In this document: piece after piece, positions 52,975 to 64,000 of the stretch
How positions within the stretch are numbered: position 1 is the stretch's first letter
Layout of the letters: each line of letters opens with the position of its first letter
DNA from: Kudoa neothunni
Lineage: Eukaryota > Animalia > Cnidaria
Direction: 5' to 3'
Length of the DNA stretch: 64,000 bases
Assembly (NCBI GenBank): GCA_964304625.1
Contig: OZ199838.1
Location: 4,104,705-4,168,704 of the forward strand
Program-made: the position numbers and the translations under genes
Notes under the pieces: generated by a model
The model's database searches: none
What the model was told of the DNA's origin: nothing
Seen by the model: only the letters and a program-made list of their open reading frames with translations

Positions 52975-55900
52975 ATGTTGGTCTTTTTTGGCACACTTTT
53001 TAAGGTAATTAAACGATCAAGGATTTGAATCAGTGTGTGTGAATAGTCAAAAGAAGATTTCTACATTTTTCAACTCAAAGATTATGATAGTGTGGCAGCC
53101 TTTATCAATAAGAGCGTAAAAGAGGAAACCTTACGACGATTAACCCACGAGGATGTTGTTGATGGAAAAGTTTGATCATATAATTTTCTCAGCAAATATA
53201 AAAATATTATATAGCTTTGTCTATTGAAAAATGAAGAGGATAACACCTTTAAACGGGTAATTTTAAAAAAGAACATTGATTCAAACAATTTAACATGGTA
53301 CATTTTTATTTAATATCCCAATTTTAATTTTTTGATTAATTAGTGAATTTTTGGATGATTTTCGTACCGTTTCCTCATCAATTGATAAGTGAATTCTAAA
53401 ATAAAAATTAATTATTATTTTATTCATAATTAGGATCTACGATATGCCTCAACCACTAGCTGCTATCGAGCCTCAAATTCTCAAATGTAAACTTACTGGA
53501 GATATTTCTGATGACTATGCGGAAAAGCTAACCACCTACGGACAAATTGTTCCACATGATTCAAATAGAGAAGTTGTTAGAATACAAGTCGAACGTGTTG
53601 ATAAACGCCGTTTCTATCATTTGAAAGCTATCTCTTTAATTTACGTAACTCAATCAACCTCTGAGTCTAATATAAGGTTGCAACATCGAGAAAACGGCTT
53701 AAATTTGTCCGACGAAACTGACTTCCATAACGAGTTGGATGCCAGTTATAATGAGTCGAAATATTTTGGTTTTGATTTCAACTATCCAGAAACGTCGATA
53801 ATACACAGTAATACTGTGGCTGTAGCAGGGGATAGCAATAATGATAAGAAGAATGTATCATACATCAGTAAAAGTTTGACCAAGGAAACTATTAATAAAA
53901 CCAAATTACAGCTAACTACCAAATACACTCACGAAGCTAAACATCGACCTTTTGGTGTTTTAGTCGCGGATTCCAATGATAATTTCGCTGTGAAGAAATT
54001 GTCGATCCCAATGTGCATTCGGTTAGATCGGGCATCTGACCATTACACACGGGCACTAGCAAAATTGAAACTTTCTCTTGATAATCACTTTTGTCAACTT
54101 TTGTCGTTTGAGCATATTGTTTCAGGGCGTGACTTGACATTGGTTGGAACTGTGAAGAGTGGATTGAGCACCGCTTTAGCGTTAGGATTGTCATTCATTT
54201 TGCACAACCAGATCACGGCCGGCCGTCTTCCAACCAACAAACTCCACGTTATTATTCTAGTGAGAAACGCCGCCAGTGGGAGGTATTTGGAAAAGTTGTT
54301 CACCACCATATTCAAGAAAACCGCCACAGCATTCCCGTCTCTCAAGACTGTTTTTGTCGATGAAATCAATAACAGTGTGGAATCTTCTGCCGACATTATC
54401 ACTGCCAACATTATTATTGGTTCAATGAGATGTGTTGCGGAAGCTATATCGCAGCAATTTATTGTGTTGAATGATTTGAAATGTGTGTTGGTGGATGATG
54501 CTCACATAATTTTGAAGAATTGTGCATCTGAGTGTCAACAATTTTTCAATCAAATCAAACAAATTGAAGATCAATCGAATTTGTGGAGTATCTTACCATC
54601 GAAAGCAAATAATTCGAAAAGTCATAAGACCACTTCGTCATCTCAACAACATCACATTCAGATCATATCAAATAGTCATAAGTGGACAGCCGAGTTGAAA
54701 TCATTTCAAGAAGCATTCGTTATTAGTCCATTGACATTTATTATCGACCCGATCGAAATGATTTCCTATGTGTCACCTTCACCATACACTCCTTACTTAG
54801 GATTTCATTCCAATATAAATTCGTTAAAATCCCATTTTATGAATTGGGTCAACGCTAATATACCTCATAGCAATCTATTAGTTTTTACTAGAACAGCATT
54901 AGAATGTGAAGTGGTGTATGAGTTGTGCAATTCGAATGGCGTGAATGCACTTCGTGGAACAGGATTCGTTGATCCTGGGAAGATCCACGACCTTAACACC
55001 ATTTGGTGCGCCACTAGGAATTCTTTCCTACGTTATGTTTTCATAGTGTCTGATTGTGCTTTGTTAAAGTTGACTATTTCGGACGCATTATATACCTACC
55101 ACTATACGCTTCCATATACAAAAGCTGATCTTCGAAACAGACTAGGTTGTTCACTGTCTTTCTATCAAAGTGTTGTCAACAACACTTTCACTCCAAAACC
55201 CACGTTAGCTGGCAACAACCAATATATGGCTGTTTGTCCTAGCTATGACAGTTCCAATTTTATATACTGTTACAAACATTTGACCATCAACCACGAAAAG
55301 TCATCACTTGACACTAGTATAAGCAATTTCTACAAGTCGAAGTTGTACACTAAAGAGTACGCCTTGTGTGATCAACTCTGTCCCAATATGAAATTGTATG
55401 GGGTGTGTCCGGTGGATAAGGTGTTTTGTAAAAATTCTCATTTGCCATGGATTATCAATCTCATCAATCACACTATTCATCGAGGGTTTGTCACGGTAAG
55501 AATGTTTGTTTGTGACTCTTATAGTTAGTGCGGTGTAGTTTACTGTTTCGTCGGTTCGATGTTGCACACAGTTGTTTGGAATTGCGGAAAAATTCTCCAC
55601 TGGAAACCCACTTCTCGACAAGCACCTCAACCAATCCATCGATAAGAACAGAATTCAACTGCTGAACGATCTCTCTTTTGATATGCAACTAGACGATACC
55701 AAAGAAAAAGTCAAATTTAGTCTAAATCTACTGAAAAATAATTGCATTTATGCATGCAAAGTTCAAACTGGAACCTATTGTCGTTGTAAATTGGTAGGCG
55801 AATGTGTAGAAAATGATCAACTGATAAACGTCTACTGCATCGATACTGGAGTGACTAAAATTGTCAGCAAAAATGACATTTTTATATTACCTGATTCTTT

Positions 55901-58900
55901 TAAACAAATCCCTCCACTTGTCCATGAATTTATTTTTACCAACTACATTCCTGCTGATATTGTGTATGGATGGCCAAACCACGTAAATCAATGCAATGCA
56001 AAAATTTTGTGGAAGGCATACTTTTAATATTTCTTATTTCTAGCTCAACATCCAAATTACTGAGGCTTTGATTGGAAAGACTGTCAATGCCCATATTGTC
56101 TACGGTTTTGACAACACTATTTGGATTGATTCGTTGATTCAAAAAAGCAAACTCAACAATATGGCAACAAAAATAGTGAATTTTTCGTTGAGTCACTTCC
56201 TCAAAAATACTGCCTGTGCTCGTCCCTCAGATCAACTCAAAAAGTACGTTCTTCAGCTTGCCTGCTCCACTTATCAATACAAACGAAAGAGCACTGGTCA
56301 CTTTAAAAACTTGATGTATTTAGCATATATAATCTATTTTTTATTTTGAATTATGTTTGGTTTAGTGGATCGACTGTAGATATCTGCAAAAGTGAACAGT
56401 CACTTCGACAAGCTTCCGTTTGTGAATTATCGTCAACTCACTTCCACATCAACCATTTTGATAATAATGAAATTCGACAAAAGGTTGACGACTTAATCCA
56501 TGACTGTTTGATCAACTTTGAGCCTCAACCTTCCCTTCTTCAACACTACAGAATCAATGATTTGTGTCTCGCCAAATTTCCAGACAATATGTGGTATCGA
56601 GCTCGAGTCACCCATTTTAATGAACCTCAAAACTCCAAGTCTGAATGCTCCTACAATGTTTATATGATTGATATTGGAGAGGTGTGCAACAATCTTACAT
56701 TGGACCATCTTTTGCCCATCGCAAACACACATTCGTTGATAACGATACCTGGTTTGGCCGTGCGATGCTCCTTGGTTGACGCCGATTTTAGCAATTTGAA
56801 TGACGATCAACTCGATGCAGTATTTGACTACCTGGATAAACTCTGTGATAATCTATATGTGCTATACAAATGCAATGGCTCACACAATAAATCGGATGAT
56901 CTTATCACCGAAATAACTCATCAAATACAATGTTATTATTCAATCAACAACACTGAAAATCAAACTCAGTCCGGTGAAGGAAGTGTCCAATTTTGCAACG
57001 TGCTATTAGATCTCTTTCGTGATTTCCATGTGAAACCGTCAGATTCTATGAGCCAAGTTTGTGGTTTAAAGTCAAATAATTTGTATGTGACCTATTTAAG
57101 ATGTTGTACGAACACTTTGGAATAGCCACCAACAACAGCGGAACTAACAAAGTATTCTTCTCTGTTCGAACTTTATAGATTGTCATATTGTGTTTAGTTT
57201 ACTGATGATGAATGGGTGGCACTTGTTGCTAAAGCAAAAGATGATTGTTCTATTTTCGATCAACTCAAATGTTTGCTCAATCGACGATTGGTCTGTTTGT
57301 AATTTTTAGATTGTTAAGCAGCAGTTGATCGATTTACCTAATCTCCTTCTGGTTGTTTAAATGCTAGTTAAAGTGCTTCAATTAATTGAAGTTGACATTG
57401 TTCTCTAGTGGCCATTTTTGGAAGATCTAATTTTTGGAGTTGGATAATTTAGTTTACTACATTATTTTTATTTTCTATAAAATAAGATCCGATCGTATAT
57501 TAATTTTACACGGCAAATAATTAATAGGTCTTATATTTCTGACATAAAATCAAAAGGATTATATTCTTACGTGACTATCTACAAAAATAATGTAGATTAA
57601 AGTTTTTATAGCAACAAATTATCATGATCCTCATAAAAAACCTTATAGTTGTCTATAACAAAATTTGTATAAGCCCAATATACAGCTATGGTGCAAGAAA
57701 ACAATAATAAATGTATATTGAGTACGTAAACGTAAACAAACTATTAAAATTTTCGATGTTGTTAAAATAATAAGATATTTGTGGCCAATTAAATTAGTGT
57801 GTTTTTTTTACACAATAATAATAATAATTTTTAATTTCACAATTAAAGAAAACGTAATTATCCATTATTGTCGCAACTAAGGTTTATTAATCAAGGTCCT
57901 ATCGAATAATCACTACTACAATGCTCTGAAACAAAGCTAGGTCTTATTAAAAATTCCAAGTAGCAATATCGTCTTGTTTTATATTAAATGCAACCTTAAA
58001 AATTATTAGTTTAATTTAATATCTATTTAAATATTTCTTCCTTTATATCAATGTAAATTCGCCTATTTATGCTGATTTATATTTTTTATTTAAACATTTC
58101 TAATCCAAAGTTCGAATATCGTTATAAATAAGTCTTTTGATATTTAATCAATTTTTCTCTTTTATTTTTTCTAAACATTAAATATGATCATAAAAGGCGA
58201 TAATGATTTAATATTTAGTTTCTAAGTTTGTTCAACTCTGTTGATAGATATTTTTATTCGATAATAATGTATAAACGTTAATATTGGAACTATTTTTACG
58301 GATAAAAATTGTTTAATCCTTTTTTGTACTTTCTAATATACTGATTGAACAAAAAAATTCACAGGCGATATTATACAGAATGAGCAATTTAAATTTCGTA
58401 AAATCATGTAATTCCGTTCTTACAATAAAATATATTTTTCCCTTTATTAACTCTGATTATTGTATTATTTCTTATTGAAGAATAAATTTAATATTAAAAT
58501 AGCTTGTAATCTTTAGTAATACGTAATCGCAATAAAAGTGTTTCAGGAGATCGATTGCCTATTGTGTTATTTAATACGTATTTGACGTTTTGGTCCTTGC
58601 TGATTTAGAAATGGTAGCAGCGCAGTTGTCGAAGTTTCTCCTGTAATAAAATTTTGGTTTTTTAGTTTTTATTTTTTTCGCAGATAAAATGTGATTACGA
58701 AGGCATTGAGGAGCCGATATCGAATGAAGAAGCGACTTTTATTAATAAGTAATACAATATTTGGTAGAGGTATTCATTTTATTAGAGCCCCCAAATGCGT
58801 TAAATGGTATGAGACCCCGGAAAGTGGTTGCATTAAAATTCGTGTTGAAACAAACGAGCCAACTGATGTTCGTATTGATATTGATAATAATTATCTTTCG

Positions 58901-59475
58901 CTCTTGTATGTTCTTCTGTTTATTGGAATTATCACGTATACAATAGTTACAATGACACCACTTGTGGATGCGACATCAAGCTGAAATTTTTTGGATGCGT
59001 TAAACCTGAGGTATTATGAATCATAATTGGTTTTCTTCTGATGAAAGTTTGTTAAATTTTTTATTATAAATCTAGACTAAATCCACTAAAATAACACCTC
59101 GTTGTGTGTATATTAGTGTGGAGAAACAAATACAGTCGGAATGGACCAATCTTTTCGATTCAAATACTAAAGTAATTTCATTAAACCCTTATTTTTGTTT
59201 GCTGTTAACTTGTCGAATATTGACTTTAGTTACAATGGATAATATACGACTTTGACCGTATCGAAATCAATGAGAAACCTTGTGAGGAGGCAAAATTCAC
59301 GGAAAAAATTAATTGGCCTTCCTTGCCTTCTGAACCCAGCGAAAATAAAGAGAAAAAATCTTCTATTGAATTTCGACTGCCTGAAGATGATGATCACTTT
59401 GAACCAACATCTTCTGAATTAAGTGAACTTGAAGGGTTCAATTCGGATGTTGAAGATCATGAGCAAGAATTTTGA
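52975..59475 (+). CDS. TDRD12: TDRD12/Yb-family protein: Tudor, degenerate DEAD-box helicase, CCCH finger, Tudor, Tudor, CS domain, acidic tail
   Basis: N-terminal Tudor built from four short exons (FKRVILKK...EFLDDF). Helicase motifs QLLSFEHIVSGRDL and VLVDDAHI, then CPNMKLYGVCPVDKVFCKNSH. Tudors YCRCKL...VYCIDTG and WYRARV...VYMIDIG. CS-like PKCVKWYET...SVEK...EWTNL...WIIYDFDR. The exon structure around 57290-58550 is uncertain. Confidence 0.8.
57465..57995. mobile_element. pogo/Tigger-like MITE remnant in the long TDRD12 intron; related copy at ~21515-21670
   Basis: Shares tcttatatttctgaca...aaatcaaaaggattata with 21580-21615 and has aaaataaga-type termini. Boundaries are approximate. Confidence 0.5.
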
Positions 59476-60045
59476 TTGAGTCTGTAAAAAACATTTTTTT
59501 AATATAGCTTCCAATTTGAACTGATTTTTGCCATTCATTTTTTCATTCAACCTATTATTTGTTACAGTTTTTTTGATAAATCTTATGTAATTAATCTAAC
59601 TGTTTGTATTATACAAATTTTTAGATAGTTTTGCGATCATTACATTATTAATAGGAACTCTAACATATTTTATCGTTGTTACTATCGTTTTTCTAGCCTC
59701 TTAAAATCATAAATGAAACTAATTCAAGATTTCATTGAAAGTATGCTATCTGTAATTGATTTATTTTCTTTTAAGCGGAATATTACAATGTAACTAATAT
59801 TTCTGGGTGGACATAGATTAAGCTGTCAAGGTATATTTACAATAAACAGTCATTTTAGCCCACTAATTTAGGGGAATATTTATGCACTGGTCATTTTTAC
59901 AATTTGTGATTTAAATGACATTTACCTTCAATCAACATCCATCTTGATATACATAATTGCAACCTAAAACTATAACAAGTAGTTTGTATTGTATTATTAA
60001 TGAGAATTGATGAATTTTGTATTTGGGAGAATTCTCATAATTTAA

Positions 60046-62579
60046 CCCTCTAATGGATTTAAGGTAAAAAATACCCCAGGAGGGTATTGTTGCTCAAATT
60101 TCTCCATATTTCTAAAGACGCCAATTTTTGGATTCCATCTATTCCTCTAAAATATCATTGTGGATTTCAGAAAGAAAAATTATGAAAAAATATAATATAT
60201 TAGCGGAGTTATACAATTTCCATCCTCCGATGGATTTGGGGGGGGGGGGGGGGAAATACCCCAATTTTTTCTTTGCCAAAATTAGACTTATAAACTTTAA
60301 AAGATACCATTCTTAATTCTTACCAAATCACGTAATTTAATTCATTCAACTAACACGCATCATTACCATTCCGAAAATGGATTATCTGGATAACTGCTGC
60401 AGTGATATGACAGATATTTCCCACTGTAAATGTGATGAGAATGACGATGATTTTAAGTTTTTTGTGTTATGAATAATTTTCATGCCCTAAATTGTATTCA
60501 AAGGGCGATACAACAAAAATTCATATTGCTCATGTCTTCGTCAAACCGCGTAAAGTGGTTACCCACCATAGGAAACTAATTTGTTACTCACGTTACTGGT
60601 GAACTTAATTTATCAATATTTTTAGTATAAACAATTTAAAACCATTTTACGTATCATAAATTGGGTTATCCCACCAGTTCGTTACAATTAAAGTCCAAGA
60701 AGATAAAAACATAGATCGCGCCATCATACTTACTCGAATTCGAATTATTTTGTTTGTAAGCAATGTAAATCTTAATAAAAATACGACAGATATTTGTATA
60801 TCAATTTTTGTTTCATTTTTCACGCGACTACACAATTTTTATTGCATTTAGAGATGCAATAAAAACCTGGGGTCAATGTGATCTCAAAAGCAGCATGTGT
60901 ATAATCGATTTGAGGAACTCGAAAGATTAACCAATTAATTATATTGTCTTATTTATTAAACAAGATTTTTGATATGATGCACAGTAAAGAGTTCTTCAGT
61001 ATCTATAAAATAGTATGGTGTTACCCTACAAATTCTCCACCCCCTCCTCCATGTGAAAGTCAAGACTCAATTATAATTTTTATTTAAATACGAAAATAAT
61101 AATATCAATGAAAAATGTCTTAAAATTATAATTTTAATTTATGTTTTAACCTACAAATTTTCCCAATTACTTCTAAAATAAATTAAAACCAAAATGTTTT
61201 TGTTAACTCAATTTGCTATGTATAATTGAAAAAGGATGAACATTATCTTTTCACTCCTCATGACTTAACACTCAATGATTGGAGCTATTATTCATTCCAG
61301 CTTATATATACCATTTTTATGTAATGTAATAAATAATCTATTAAATTTTGTTATTATAATTATTCCAAAATATTAGAGGCAAAAAATAAATATAATAGTA
61401 ATATTAAATTATAAAAATAAAAAAATAGCCAATTCGTATAGTTCACAAGAAACATTATTTCAAAATCAATCGTCATTTAGCATTTATTTGATCTTGGGAT
61501 TCGCTTGCTCTCGCCGGTTTTTCATAAGTAATTCAAATCATGACATTTTGTTGTACTATGAAACATGGAAATCGTTTTCGGGGTTTAATGAATTCCAATA
61601 CTTATTATTTGTATATAATGAAGTCGATAAGCTTGTTCCATATGCTATCTTTTGCCGAATAAATCTAGCGACTTCCTTATTCTATATTGAGTCATATGTT
61701 AACTTAAATTTTGAGGCAGTGGGTTAATAAAAATTCAATAGATTCAAAAAACATGCTTTCTAAATATACTTGGAAAAAAAACAACTAATATATATTGTTA
61801 AAATTGGCATTCATTTATTTATGTGCATAAATGAATGCTTTGATCCTTGTTTTCCTTTACTTTACAGAGCAATTTAACTTAGATTTATATCAGAGGTGAG
61901 GTACAAATTCCAAGGTAAAACTTGGAACGTAACAATAAAAACTGCACAACTATATGATGGATCTCAAATTTAGACAGAAGACAAAGTTAAAATTACATCG
62001 TGGTTTTATTTTTATGGGTATAGATTATTTCTAAATAGATAAAAATGCTGACAACCTACTTACGGCTTAAGCATATAAATATGTTATTTTGAAAGATAAC
62101 AAAGTTACGTTTTTACATGAAAATAGCGTTAGTTAGATTTTGTACACTGAACAGGTTTAATATAAACTATTATCATACTGCGCTATTTCGTAGAATCAAT
62201 TAAAATAAATTACAAATTAAATAAATTATCATATCCCATTTTTCTGAATAGAAACTAATTGATATCAAAACAACCAAAAATGTCATTACATGATTTAAAC
62301 GGGTACTAACGAAAATTACGATATGAATAAATTAAGATTAATTTTTAAATTTATTCTGGAATGACTCTCGCATCCCCTGTGGGGTACACTGAAATAGTAC
62401 AACAATTTTAAACGAAACTAGTTATCGTAGAATTTTAAGGATTATTATAGAATTACTTCATTTCTTTTCAACTGGTTCTGACAATATATTTTTTTCTTGT
62501 ATATAAAATAAAAAACCCCGAGGTATTTTTTTACCCCAAAATCCATCGGAGGTAAGCCGATTTTAAATACATTAGAGGG
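60046..62579. mobile_element. Non-autonomous piggyBac-like element
   Basis: TTAA|ccctctaatg ... cattagaggg|TTAA, with repeated subterminal cctccgatggattt...ggggtaaaaaaatacc units. It has the same terminal 10 bp as 39024-40178. Confidence 0.8.
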
Positions 62580-64000
62580 TTAAAAATTATATTTTAAAAC
62601 TTTAAATGAAATTAAAATGATCTGATTCATCTATTCGAGGTTTTAATCACGGAAAACTACAATTATTTAGGTAATATTCAAGCTGAATGATTAAACTAAA
62701 TTAAAAAATAATCCATTTTATTAATAGGATTTTAAATCTAAAAAGGATAGATTTTCGAAATTACTCTACTGGAGAAAAGGTTTATGTTGAATCTAAGAGC
62801 TTACTTCTCTATATTATTGTCATTTATCGCTTTTTAAATCACCAAAGAAATTTCAAATTTTATTCTACAAACTTATTTATTTATTAAATTATTACAAAAT
62901 TAATATAATTCGTTTTTAATCACTTGTTTTGCTTTCGTACTAGGAGTATATCACGCGAAAATTTGCATTATTGATAATCCCATAATAAATGTCAATGATT
63001 CTACATTTTATTTTTGTTATTCATTGATCTAAAAACATTATTAAACATTTATTTAACTGGTGTAAAATATATGTAAGAAAAATGTGATTTTCTACGTTTA
63101 AACTTAAGTGATCCTCCCTCGTGAATTGCGTGCGAATATGATTGCCAATCCGTATAAGTTTATGACCGTAAATATGCGTATAAATTATATATTTTCAAAA
63201 CTTTTATTTCTCAAGAATTTATTTATATCAAAAAATAATGAAATTTTAAGTGTTTAGAAATCACATGCTAACCTGAAAGAGGATTAAAGAGAGTAACGCG
63301 CATCGAATCCTTCATGATTTGGGAATGTGTGGCTGAGCATTGGTTTAAAAACAAAAATAAATTATTTTATATATAAATGAATTAAATGGTTTTAAAATAT
63401 TTTTTGCGTAGAATTTGTTTATTAATCCTCATGGATTGTAGCGTTCACACTCTTTGAATTCTGCATTCTAACTGGAGGGAAAACTAGCGGTTAAATTAGA
63501 TTTAATACTGAATGGTTTATACTCGTGCACACTCATTTATTATTAATGCCAATAACTATCGCTTATACATTAACTAGCCCGTGTTGTACGTCGTGACAAA
63601 AAAGTATGCGTTAGTTTATGGAGACTTTTTTGGGACCCCGGCGAAATCAGTCTTGAACGCTATCAGTTATTGTGATACAAACTTGACGCTATTTAAAACA
63701 TGTACGAATATAAATAAACAATATCTGTTTATTTCTCATAGTTTAAAAGTAAACACAAGTCCTCAATTAATCGATCGAATTGAGCAAATGAGATAGAATC
63801 AATACATAAATTTCACAAAAACTAATAGATGATGGAATGATATTGACAAAACTTAGCATTGTCCTGCATTAATTATCGTTCTGAGTCGAAAATAGGACAT
63901 CATCCGCGCATTCGTTTTACTCTAAAGTGGCGCAGAAATCAATGTTTGAGAAAATCTCCCCCTTTTTAATTTTTTTAAACGTAAATTAAAATAATAAAAA

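Noticed and set aside
49400-60253. Poly-C (~49400) and poly-G (~60238) runs as G-quadruplex elements
   Set aside because: They are single homopolymers inside decayed piggyBac elements. The G run is an expansion of the subterminal gggg motif.
63570-63620. Helitron 3' end on the minus strand (acacgggCTAG)
   Set aside because: The hairpin is poor and no matching 5' end lies in the window.
1-64000. CRISPR arrays, rRNA genes, prokaryotic operons or intact retroelement ORFs
   Set aside because: No regularly spaced repeat-spacer array, rRNA-like block or reverse transcriptase motif was seen. The host genes are spliceosomal.

Overview
AT-rich eukaryotic nuclear DNA, very probably animal because a TDRD12-type gene is present. 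Compact genes with mostly 40-65 nt GT-AG introns sit among dense, nested, decayed DNA transposons. Seven spliced host genes were reconstructed by hand: RhoGDI (-), METTL17/Rsm22 (+), an orphan basic gene with an apparent mitochondrial presequence convergent on METTL17 (-), RFC4 (-), VPS15/PIK3R4 (+), a divergent PP2A B55 subunit (+) and a TDRD12-like Tudor/pseudo-helicase/CS gene (+). Intergenic DNA holds piggyBac elements (TTAA target-site duplications, TSDs), hAT elements (8-bp TSDs), a Tc1 DD34E element, pogo remnants, Helitron-like elements and tRNA-like SINE remnants, several nested 2-4 deep. The standard genetic code fits all genes. Fast-evolving proteins and tiny introns suggest a reduced or parasitic animal (e.g. 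myxozoan-like), but the organism cannot be identified from this window. I found no demonstrably new biological system. The best leads are the orphan/METTL17 pair, the B55 with an eroded substrate groove, the TDRD12 with an extra Tudor domain, the indel-riddled 3' part of VPS15 (most likely consensus error) and the transposon targeting and nesting patterns.
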